A stretch of 25,345 nucleotides of DNA from a virus (taxonomy: Duplodnaviria > Caudoviricetes), in IMG/VR virus record IMGVR_UViG_3300037704_000023, positions 1-25,345 of that record. One strand, given 5' to 3'. The number at the start of each line of letters is the position of its first letter. The stretch's first letter is position 1. Below are positions 16,967 to 23,874 of this stretch, piece after piece. Position numbers and translations under genes: made by a program. Below the pieces are notes generated by a model. It saw only the letters and a list, made by a program, of their open reading frames with translations, ran no database searches and was not told the origin of the DNA.

Positions 16967-17019
16967 GGGGAGTCTCCTTCTCTCGTCTCCATCGTGCGTG
17001 TGTGCGCAAGACCCAGACA

Positions 17020-17071
17020 GCAAGAAGCCCGAGACTCCATGGACAGATGGATGACGTCTCGGGCTTCTTGC
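17020..17071. terminator. Long inverted repeat, probable terminator upstream of the endolysin
   Basis: Perfect 16-bp arms GCAAGAAGCCCGAGAC / GTCTCGGGCTTCTTGC around 20 nt containing an inner TCCAT/ATGGA pair. Confidence 0.65.
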
Positions 17072-17104
17072 GTTGTCCCCAGGGGATGAGGAAGCAGTTT
17101 CAGC

Positions 17105-17323
17105 CTACATCCCGGTGACGGCCTGCGCCTTCTTCATCTTGCGCTTGCGTGTCTTGCCCCTGTTGCCCAGGACATGCACGGCTGAGGGGTCAGGGGACAT
17201 CTTGTGCACCACGCCCCACGCGCTCTTGGCCACCTTGCCGCCGTACTTCTTGTCCCACTTGGCGGCGATCTCCGGGTGCTTGGCGTGCATGAACTTGCGC
17301 TGCTTCTCGCTCTTGTAGGGCAT
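17105..17323 (-). CDS. Small basic protein carrying the VAKSAWGVVHK tag
   Basis: Start revised to ATG 17323 with GAGGAG RBS; 72 aa MPYKSEKQRKFMHAKHPEIAAKW... Confidence 0.8.
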   Translation of the reverse strand: MPYKSEKQRKFMHAKHPEIAAKWDKKYGGKVAKSAWGVVHKMSPDPSAVHVLGNRGKTRKRKMKKAQAVTGM

Positions 17324-17336
17324 GGTGCTCCTCAGA

Positions 17337-17504
17337 TCAGGGCTGCGGGTTGCCCTCGGCGTCACGCTCGTGCGGCGCGTAGCCAGGAGCGTGGTGGTTC
17401 GGGAACGTCGAACGGTTCACGCTGACCTTGCCCTCCAGCTCAGCCAGCTTGGCCTTCAGCTCGTCGTTCTCGGACTTCAGCTCGTCCTTGGTCTGGTCAG
17501 TCAT
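17337..17504 (-). CDS. 55-aa coiled-coil microprotein
   Basis: Below ORF-track cutoff; GGAGG RBS; MTDQTKDELKSENDELKAKLAELEGKVSVNRSTFPNHHAPGYAPHERDAEGNPQP. Confidence 0.75.
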   Translation of the reverse strand: MTDQTKDELKSENDELKAKLAELEGKVSVNRSTFPNHHAPGYAPHERDAEGNPQP

Positions 17505-17514
17505 CGTTTCCTCC

Positions 17515-17523
17515 TGGTAGATT
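17515..17523 (+). promoter_or_regulatory. Candidate extended -10 promoter for the tRNA
   Basis: TGGTAGATT (TGnTAnnnT) ends 6 nt before the tRNA 5' end. Confidence 0.4.
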
Positions 17524-17529
17524 CTTGAC

Positions 17530-17605
17530 TGCGGCGTGGGGGAGTTCGGCCGTCCCCACCTGGCTCATAACCTGGAGATCGCGGGTTCAAATCCCGTCGC
17601 CGCAA
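17530..17605 (+). tRNA. tRNA with CAT anticodon (Met, initiator-like), no encoded CCA
   Basis: Cloverleaf: acceptor TGCGGCG/CGCCGCA, D stem GGGG/CCCC, anticodon arm CCTGG-CTCATAA-CCTGG, T arm GCGGG-TTCAAAT-CCCGT, discriminator A. Confidence 0.9.
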
Positions 17606-17606
17606 C

Positions 17607-17684
17607 TCAGACCATGCTGATGATCCAGATGACGAGTGCAACACACCCCAGGATGCCAAAGATGGTCCATACGGTGTTGTTCAT
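17607..17684 (-). CDS. 25-aa single-TM membrane peptide
   Basis: AGGAGGAG RBS; MNNTVWTIFGILGCVALVIWIISMV; fills the gap between the 36-aa ORF and the tRNA. Confidence 0.6.
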   Translation of the reverse strand: MNNTVWTIFGILGCVALVIWIISMV

Positions 17685-17692
17685 CTCTCCTC

Positions 17693-17803
17693 CTACGGTT
17701 CGAGCGCTTCGACTCGGTCGGTCAGGTCGTTGATCGCATCGATCAGCTCGTTGATCTTGAGGGCGAGGTCGCGCTCACCGTAGTTGTTGACCTTGTCAAC
17801 CAT
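17693..17803 (-). CDS. 36-aa microprotein paralogous to the N-terminus of the 278-aa fibre-like protein
   Basis: GAGGAGGAG RBS; MVDKVNNYGERDLALKINELIDAINDLTDRVEALEP. Confidence 0.75.
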   Translation of the reverse strand: MVDKVNNYGERDLALKINELIDAINDLTDRVEALEP

Positions 17804-17814
17804 GTCTCTCCTCC

Positions 17815-18681
17815 TCAGACGACCGGGTCGCCCAATAGTTCACGGACGTTCGCGCACATGTACCCGATGACATCCTCTGCGAGCAAGATGTCTCGCTCCT
17901 CCAGGCTGTCCACTACAGCGCCCACGATCGGCTTGCCGGTGGACTTCATGTCGATCCACATCTGCTCCGTGGCATCGGCATCCACCCCGATCCAGGTCCA
18001 GTGCGCTGCATCAAGCAGCGCCTGTGCAGGGTCAGCCAGGTAGTCATCGGTCCAGAAGTGCCCCCAGGACATGTAGCCGTGCTCAGTGGCCCAGTCAGCC
18101 AGGGTGATGCCTCCACCAGAGGCGTACTTCATGATCACCTTGTCCTGTGGCCTGGGGAACAGGCTCTCCAGAACCGGCAGGACAGCATCACGCGCAGTAG
18201 GGCCAGCCTGGTACTTGAGGTCCAGGAAGAACACGTGTGAGCCTGCATACGGCTCGATCAGCTCCTCCAGGCGCTCGTAGGGCTGCGGACCGAAGGCAGG
18301 GTCAGCACCGGATGCCGGGCTGCACAGGTGCTCCTGCACCTGCGCCCAGGTGAGCGTGGTGGGGTTGATGTCCACCCCTGAGGTACGCAGCAGGGTCTGG
18401 TCGTGCAGCCCGAACCACACACCATCGCTGGTCTTGGCTACGGAGATCTCCAGAGCCTGCACCCCACGCGTGACGCACTCCACCAGACCACGCTTGGAGT
18501 ACTCGGCCCAGTCCTGCGAACCCAGCCGGTGCGCCACCACGAACTCTGGAGTGGCGCGCAGCTCGTAGACATTCCGCGCACCGTACGGCACCGTACCCGC
18601 GTGCATGGGGCGCTCGCTGTCCCCGTCCCACAGGGAGAACGCCCCCTCGCGCTCCTGTGTGCCGTCCCAGAGCGAGATCAT
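17815..18681 (-). CDS. Glycerophosphodiester phosphodiesterase (GDPD) family protein
   Basis: VVAHRLGS, LEISVAKTSDGVWFGLHDQTLLRT and FFLDLK motifs; ATGA-coupled to the upstream fibre-like gene. Confidence 0.85.
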   Translation of the reverse strand: MISLWDGTQEREGAFSLWDGDSERPMHAGTVPYGARNVYELRATPEFVVAHRLGSQDWAEYSKRGLVECVTRGVQALEISVAKTSDGVWFGLHDQTLLRTSGVDINPTTLTWAQVQEHLCSPASGADPAFGPQPYERLEELIEPYAGSHVFFLDLKYQAGPTARDAVLPVLESLFPRPQDKVIMKYASGGGITLADWATEHGYMSWGHFWTDDYLADPAQALLDAAHWTWIGVDADATEQMWIDMKSTGKPIVGAVVDSLEERDILLAEDVIGYMCANVRELLGDPVV

Positions 18682-19514
18682 GCCGTGCCGCCGATGGCCA
18701 GCACCTCAGAGCCCATTGAGGCCACAGAGGATGGCGAGGTGACCGTGAACGAGGCCAGGTCGGTAGCAGTGAGCTTGAAGCGTACGTTGAGCCACGTACG
18801 CGTGACCCCGGTGTCGTCCGCGCTGGTCACGAAGGCGAACTGCTCCATGTCGTTGCTGAAGGCCAGCGGGTCGGGGTCGTTCGGGGACGAGGAGTTGCCT
18901 TGCGTCATGGAGATGAGCAGCGTGCCCCCGACCCCGGTCAGAGCAGGCACGGTGTACACGGTGGTGACTCGCGAGCCCGTGGTGCCGTTGGCCGCCACTG
19001 GAGTAGTGAGGTTCGCTCCCGTGACGCGGAACATGCAGGTGGCCACGCGGTTGCTCTCCCCGCTGGTGAATACTGCATCGCCCGTGGGCGGCGTACCAGT
19101 GACGGAGAGGCCGTAGTACGCCCCGGCCCGGAAGTCACCGGTGACCGCCTGCTGCTGCAGCTTCACCCAGCCAGCGGGCGGGGTGATCGTAGCGGACTGC
19201 GAGTTGGTGACGATGCACGCCACCAGCAGGTCACCGGTCTCGATGCCCTCGGGGTAGGGGATCGCCCAGCTGTTGCTGGAGGTCGAGCGGTAGGTCGTCA
19301 GGCTCTCGGCGACCAGAACCAGAGGCGCAGGCGGGGGATCGGTTCGCACGATGAACGTTCCCGCCGTGGGCGCAGGGTCTGTGGGTACTGGCTCACCGGT
19401 CTCCAGTGCCAGCACTCCAGCGCCACCGACGCCGCCGGAGTTGATCGTCTCGATCATCTCGTTGATCTTCAGGCGCAGTGCGCTGTCCCCGTAGCCAGGG
19501 ATGATCTCGATCAT
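18678..19514 (-). CDS. Fibre/spike-like structural protein
   Basis: 278 aa; short N-terminal helix, Gly/Pro linker, then P.GIETGDLLVA...TITPPAGW beta-rich domain typical of phage fibre tips. Confidence 0.6.
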   Translation of the reverse strand: MIEIIPGYGDSALRLKINEMIETINSGGVGGAGVLALETGEPVPTDPAPTAGTFIVRTDPPPAPLVLVAESLTTYRSTSSNSWAIPYPEGIETGDLLVACIVTNSQSATITPPAGWVKLQQQAVTGDFRAGAYYGLSVTGTPPTGDAVFTSGESNRVATCMFRVTGANLTTPVAANGTTGSRVTTVYTVPALTGVGGTLLISMTQGNSSSPNDPDPLAFSNDMEQFAFVTSADDTGVTRTWLNVRFKLTATDLASFTVTSPSSVASMGSEVLAIGGTA

Positions 19515-19792
19515 CAGCCATCCTCGTCCTCAGTGAGAAGCTCATCCACCCGGACGCTGTTCTTGATCTTCACGTAGGTGTCCACGTACGCCTCGCCCTT
19601 GTCTCCGTTGTAGGTGACCTCGTAGTAGCGACCGTCCGGGATGGTCGTGCTCAGCAGGGCTTTCCAGTTCTGAAGGGTCTTGCTGAACCACACGACGTAC
19701 ACCTCGAAGTCGTCGCTCTCATCCGCCCGCTCCATGACCTCTTGCGTGACCAGGCGAGCAGCCTTGCTCATGTACGGCTCGAAGATGTCCAT
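19514..19792 (-). CDS. DUF6275-like phage protein
   Basis: VVWFSKTLQNWKALLSTTIPDGRYYEVTYNGDKGEAYVDTY matches this family as recalled; stop/start coupled on both sides. Confidence 0.8.
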   Translation of the reverse strand: MDIFEPYMSKAARLVTQEVMERADESDDFEVYVVWFSKTLQNWKALLSTTIPDGRYYEVTYNGDKGEAYVDTYVKIKNSVRVDELLTEDEDG

Positions 19793-20748
19793 CAGGCGAA
19801 CTTCCCGTTCCTGTCGCGGCGGTACTTGCGGTCTACGTGCTTGCTCCCAGCGTAGGCACCACCAGCACCTGCCCCGGCGACCCCGTAGCGCACCAGACGC
19901 CTGCTCCCTGAGGCGTTGGGCTTGCCAGGGGTAGGCACGTAGGGGATGCCGGACTTGCTCGACTCCTTGCGCGCGCTCTGCCCCCGGCTGCGGAAGATCT
20001 TGTCCTGGGTGCGGCGGAACTCCCTGCTGCCCCGGTCCTGACTGAACCGGTTGCCTGCGGTGTGCGATACCGTGCCACCGGTCTTCCCAGCGGCCAGCTC
20101 ACGTGCGGTGTTCTGCTTGTACGTGCCACTGAGCGTATCCACCCGGGCCTCCTCGCGCTTCAGCGAGCGAGAGCGTGAGCCGATCTGTGAGAGCCGCCAG
20201 GAGGACTTGTTGTCCGCGTGCATGACCTCGTGCCGCATGGTGGCCGGGTTCATCTGTCTGTCGCCCGCGACGATCTCGGTCTTGCCGCCCTTCTTGGACC
20301 CGGTACGGATCGGGTGCGCGTTGGGGTAGTTGGGGACCACGTGCACGGGGTACTTCTTCCCGCTCTTGGCCTGGAAGGCCGTGACGCGAGATGCCTCGCG
20401 CTTGAGTCCGCCCAGTGCTCCAGCGATCTCCTGGTGCGTCTCGTTCACCACATCGGTGCGCGCGTCCCCGCGCCTGCGGTACACACCGGAACGGTTGAAC
20501 GTACTGATCTTGGTGTCCCCCGGCCCCTCGGGGTAGGACATGTCCTTCTTCTTGGGGGCGTCCTCCACCATCTTCCTGCGGAAGCCCACATCGCTCCTGG
20601 CGGGGTGCCAGCGGTCGTCGTTCTTCATCTTCGCGCGTGCAGCCTTGAGCCGCCTGGCCCCCAGCTTCACCGCAGGCACGAACTTGTTCTGGCCCACCAG
20701 TGACTTCGAGACCGGCGTCCCGTGCTCGACACCCCAGGCACTCTCCAT
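19792..20748 (-). CDS. Basic putative internal virion protein with HExxH zincin-like motif
   Basis: Coupled to the portal stop (ATG 20748 or GTG 20751); N-terminal SAWGVEHG, RHEVMH...REEARVD, C-terminal YRRDRNGKFA. Confidence 0.7.
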   Translation of the reverse strand: MESAWGVEHGTPVSKSLVGQNKFVPAVKLGARRLKAARAKMKNDDRWHPARSDVGFRRKMVEDAPKKKDMSYPEGPGDTKISTFNRSGVYRRRGDARTDVVNETHQEIAGALGGLKREASRVTAFQAKSGKKYPVHVVPNYPNAHPIRTGSKKGGKTEIVAGDRQMNPATMRHEVMHADNKSSWRLSQIGSRSRSLKREEARVDTLSGTYKQNTARELAAGKTGGTVSHTAGNRFSQDRGSREFRRTQDKIFRSRGQSARKESSKSGIPYVPTPGKPNASGSRRLVRYGVAGAGAGGAYAGSKHVDRKYRRDRNGKFA

Positions 20749-22643
20749 CACTTCCCCCTGGGCTTCTTCGCAGCGGGCTTGCTGCGCCCTGCGGGCTTCT
20801 TCGGCATCGGCTTGGCGTCGGGCTTGGCTTTCGCCTTGGCCCGCTCGATGCGGATGGAGCGCTTCTCGTCCGCGTCCTTGGACTTGTCCTCACGGTCCTT
20901 CAGGGCGAGCTGACGCTTGAAGTCCTTCTCCTTGCCCTGGTCCTCCCGGTCCTTGATGGCCACCTTGCGCTGGACATCGTGGTCCTTGGCCTCCTCGTCA
21001 GCAGCGGCAGCCTGCGGGTCGAAGCCCTTGCCCTGCTGCTCCATGGCCATCTCGCGCTCCTTGACCGCAGCCACGTCGGGATCCTGCTCCGCCATCGCCT
21101 GGCCCTTGTAGGTGGCGAGCTGCTCGTTGGCAGCCATCTCCTCGTTGGGCTGCTCGGAAGCCAGCATGGCCTGCTCGGGCGTGTAGCCACGACCCATCAT
21201 CTCGGCCTTCTGCTGCATGCCCAGGAACTGCATCTGGGTGTCCGCGTAGCCCATGACCGCGTGCTGCTGGCTCTGCTGACGACGAATCTCCAGCAGCTCG
21301 TCCGGCATGTCGGGCAGGCGCGCAGCCTTGCGCAGGAACTCCTCCAGGTCCGCATCCGGGAACCACTCCATGCCCAGCCCACCCATGGAGGTCATGAACG
21401 AGGACAGCTCGGTGAGGTTGGGCGGGTCGATGTCGTTGGGCACGATCTTGGGCAGCTCTTCCAGCCGCTCACCGTTCAGCTCGAACAGGCGAGGGATGGC
21501 GTGCCGGTTGAAGGTGTCCGCGACCATCTGCGCGATGTGGTTCATGGCCGAGCGGAAGATGCCGCTCTTGTCCGTGTGCAGGGCATAGGAGCCCTGGCCC
21601 TCATGCCCCACCAGGATGAAGTCCGCGAGCGCCGACATCAGGATGCGCTGCTCGTAGCGGCCGATCAGGGCGTTGGTGTCGAAGGTGCGGGTACCAGAGG
21701 CGGAGAGCAGCTCGAACTCGAACAGCGGCTGCTTGGTGTTGCGGTCGTACTGGTTGGGCAGCACCAGGCCCTCGTGCTCGTCCCGCCGCACGTTGGACAC
21801 CATCTTCTTGAACGCCTCGAACACCTTGCGCTCACGCGAACCAGGAGCGGCATCCATGTACGAGGCAGGGATCTTGGCCACCGGCATACCAGCCAGGTCG
21901 CGCTCCACGCCGATGGCCTCGAACTCCTCCAGGCGCTTCTTGAAGAACCAGGGGCGGTACGCCGTACGGAGCAGGGAGACACCCTCCGGGTTGCCCTTGG
22001 CGGTGTTGGTGCGGAACAGCAGGGAGCGCTCGATGGGGATGAGCTTGCTCCCGTAGTCCGGGGGAGCAAGCTGCACCATGGCCTTGATCCCGCCGTCCTT
22101 GTCGAAGACCCAGCGGTGCATGGTCTCCTGGGAGCGGATGACGATCTTGCGCCATCCGATGCGCCCGTCGTTGTACTTCGACTTCTTCTTCGGGTCACGC
22201 TCCCAGGGACCGATGCGCTTCTTGTACACGATCTCGTGCCAGCTCCACCCGTACACCAGGCAGGTGAGGATGTCGCTGAGCATGTCGCCCCACGTGTGGG
22301 ACATGTCGTCCATGCAGGACTCGACGAAGTCCTTCGCCTCGGTGGCCTCTGGGGTGTTGTCTGTCGCCTCCACCCGGAAGTTCACCTGGCGCAGCAGCTC
22401 GGTGATGGCGAACAGCAGCGACCCCACGATGGGGTCGTTGAGCGACATCTCCTGGTAGACCTTGATGGCCTTGCGCCCGCGAAGGGCTGGGAGGAACTCC
22501 TCGTCCACGTACCCTGCGGCACGCTTGAGACCGGTAGAACCGATCTCCGTCATGGGGGAACTGGGAGGCTTGGTCTCCCAGTCGGCCACGCTCACCTCGT
22601 CGTAGCGGGTGATGTCGCTCAGGGACAGCATGGGGTTGGGCAT
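20748..22643 (-). CDS. Portal protein (DUF935/Mu gp29-like) with charged C-terminal tail
   Basis: 631 aa; EIGSTGL...EEFLPALRG...YQEM..NDP, YGWSWHEIVYK, GNPEGVSLLRTAYRPWFFK, GSYAL motifs; GGAGGAGG RBS. Confidence 0.88.
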   Translation of the reverse strand: MPNPMLSLSDITRYDEVSVADWETKPPSSPMTEIGSTGLKRAAGYVDEEFLPALRGRKAIKVYQEMSLNDPIVGSLLFAITELLRQVNFRVEATDNTPEATEAKDFVESCMDDMSHTWGDMLSDILTCLVYGWSWHEIVYKKRIGPWERDPKKKSKYNDGRIGWRKIVIRSQETMHRWVFDKDGGIKAMVQLAPPDYGSKLIPIERSLLFRTNTAKGNPEGVSLLRTAYRPWFFKKRLEEFEAIGVERDLAGMPVAKIPASYMDAAPGSRERKVFEAFKKMVSNVRRDEHEGLVLPNQYDRNTKQPLFEFELLSASGTRTFDTNALIGRYEQRILMSALADFILVGHEGQGSYALHTDKSGIFRSAMNHIAQMVADTFNRHAIPRLFELNGERLEELPKIVPNDIDPPNLTELSSFMTSMGGLGMEWFPDADLEEFLRKAARLPDMPDELLEIRRQQSQQHAVMGYADTQMQFLGMQQKAEMMGRGYTPEQAMLASEQPNEEMAANEQLATYKGQAMAEQDPDVAAVKEREMAMEQQGKGFDPQAAAADEEAKDHDVQRKVAIKDREDQGKEKDFKRQLALKDREDKSKDADEKRSIRIERAKAKAKPDAKPMPKKPAGRSKPAAKKPRGK

Positions 22644-22675
22644 CGTTCCTCCTCCCGCTCAGTCTCTCGTGCCTG

Positions 22676-22990
22676 TCAGTCCTCCTCGTCCTCCTCGGAG
22701 GCAGGCATCACCAGGCGCATCCGGTAGAAGTCGGCGTAGCGGTCGATCTCCACCAGGCCCTTCATGCCCGCCCTGATCTCCTCGTCGCTGATGGTGAGTT
22801 CATGCTGGCGAAGGGGGTGCAGTCCTCCCAGCAGCCCGGCGATGAGCTGCTGCAGGATGACCTGTCCCATCCCGCTGTTCACCAGAGCGTCCACGTCATC
22901 GCTCTTCATGTCCGCGATGCAGGGCACCTGCTGGTCCCCGCTCATCTCGATGATCGCGTCCTGCTGCAGCTCGTTCTCAAGCTCGTCCAT
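22676..22990 (-). CDS. Hypothetical acidic protein
   Basis: 104 aa ORF with phage-like codon usage directly upstream of the portal. Confidence 0.65.
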   Translation of the reverse strand: MDELENELQQDAIIEMSGDQQVPCIADMKSDDVDALVNSGMGQVILQQLIAGLLGGLHPLRQHELTISDEEIRAGMKGLVEIDRYADFYRMRLVMPASEEDEED

Positions 22991-23023
22991 GGTCTAACCC
23001 CCGTGTTTTCGGATAACTCTCGG

Positions 23024-23076
23024 TGATAGCACTGCTCTGACCTGCGTTAATGGGTGCTAGCTGCTAGCATGCTAGC
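23024..23076. promoter_or_regulatory. Operator-like TGCTAGC repeats overlapping an extended -10
   Basis: TGCTAGC at 23055, 23062 and 23070 (perfect palindrome GCTAGCATGCTAGC 23063-23076), variant TGATAGCA at 23024; TGCTAGCAT = TGnTAnnnT, 7 nt before ATG 23078. Confidence 0.6.
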
Positions 23077-23077
23077 T

Positions 23078-23293
23078 ATGGCAACCTCTCAGATGAACCT
23101 CCGTATCCCCGTCGAGGACCACCAGTTCCTCAAGGACTTCGTCGCTCAGTACCCCGAGGACAACCTGAACGCGATGATGTCCCGCTGGATCAGGGAACGG
23201 ATCGTAGAGCTGGACACAGACCCTGACGTCCACACTCCTCAGTGGGATCGTCAGCCCTCGAAGGATGAACCGGTTCTGTATCCCCCGAAGTGA
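23078..23293 (+). CDS. Ribbon-helix-helix DNA-binding protein (Arc/HicB-like), probably leaderless
   Basis: QMNLRIPVEDHQFLKDFVAQ...NLNAMMSRWIRERI fits the RHH strand-helix-helix pattern; no RBS and a -10 directly upstream. Confidence 0.75.
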   Translation: MATSQMNLRIPVEDHQFLKDFVAQYPEDNLNAMMSRWIRERIVELDTDPDVHTPQWDRQPSKDEPVLYPPK

Positions 23294-23296
23294 GCG

Positions 23297-23323
23297 AAGC
23301 CCCCTCAGTGCGAGGGGGCTTTC
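23297..23323. terminator. Terminator between convergent genes, possibly bidirectional
   Basis: AAGCCCCCTC-AGTGC-GAGGGGGCTT 10-bp stem with short T runs on both strands. Confidence 0.8.
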
Positions 23324-23329
23324 TCATGC

Positions 23330-23536
23330 TCAGACCTTGCCTGCCAGGTCAGGGTGCACCTTGAAGCCGTACTGGCCGAAGGTGTAGCTCAGGGCTGCCT
23401 CGGTGATCGTGGTGTACACCCCGTGGATGTCCTCGTAGTCGTACACCTGGTTCTCGTGGTTGACGTCGTCCAGGTCGATGCTGACAACCCCATAGGTGCC
23501 GTTCGACCTGTCGATGATCATGTGCGCTGCTCTCAT
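23330..23536 (-). CDS. Hypothetical protein
   Basis: 68 aa, AAGGGG RBS, ends at the terminator. Confidence 0.65.
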   Translation of the reverse strand: MRAAHMIIDRSNGTYGVVSIDLDDVNHENQVYDYEDIHGVYTTITEAALSYTFGQYGFKVHPDLAGKV

Positions 23537-23631
23537 AGCCCCTTAGAGCCCTTCTGCGTGTCCCGTGGGTGATTGCCTTGCTGAGGTGCTCAGGGCCTCT
23601 AATAGCCCGTGCTGTGTGTCTCTGCGTGGGG

Positions 23632-23874
23632 TCACAGCAGCTCGCAGTACGTGTCCGGGTCCAGATGACCTGAGGACCACGGCCATACGTCCAGGAATAC
23701 GTTGACATGTCCTGGGATGTACTCGTCGTGGATGTCGGTCAGGCTGCTGATGGGAACAGCCTCTGTCTCCACCCGCATGCCGGTGAGGACGCCTCTGATC
23801 TCCCACGCACCGTCCTTGCCGATCACCTTGATCTCTTTGCCCCGGTGCTCCAGGTGCAGATCGAGAACTCGCAT
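23632..23874 (-). CDS. Hypothetical protein
   Basis: 80 aa, TGATG-coupled to the upstream gene. Confidence 0.65.
   Translation of the reverse strand: MRVLDLHLEHRGKEIKVIGKDGAWEIRGVLTGMRVETEAVPISSLTDIHDEYIPGHVNVFLDVWPWSSGHLDPDTYCELL

Noticed and set aside
17530-17605. tRNA as an integration (att) site or prophage boundary
   Set aside because: Phage genes continue on both sides; no integrase or duplicated tRNA 3' end seen in the window.
23078-23536. RHH gene as the antitoxin of a HicAB-type pair
   Set aside because: No co-oriented toxin gene; the neighbour is convergent and separated by a terminator.
23543-23635. Possible 30-aa GTG-start ORF in the gap between two hypothetical genes
   Set aside because: Has a GTGA overlap but no clear RBS and atypical codons; insufficient support.
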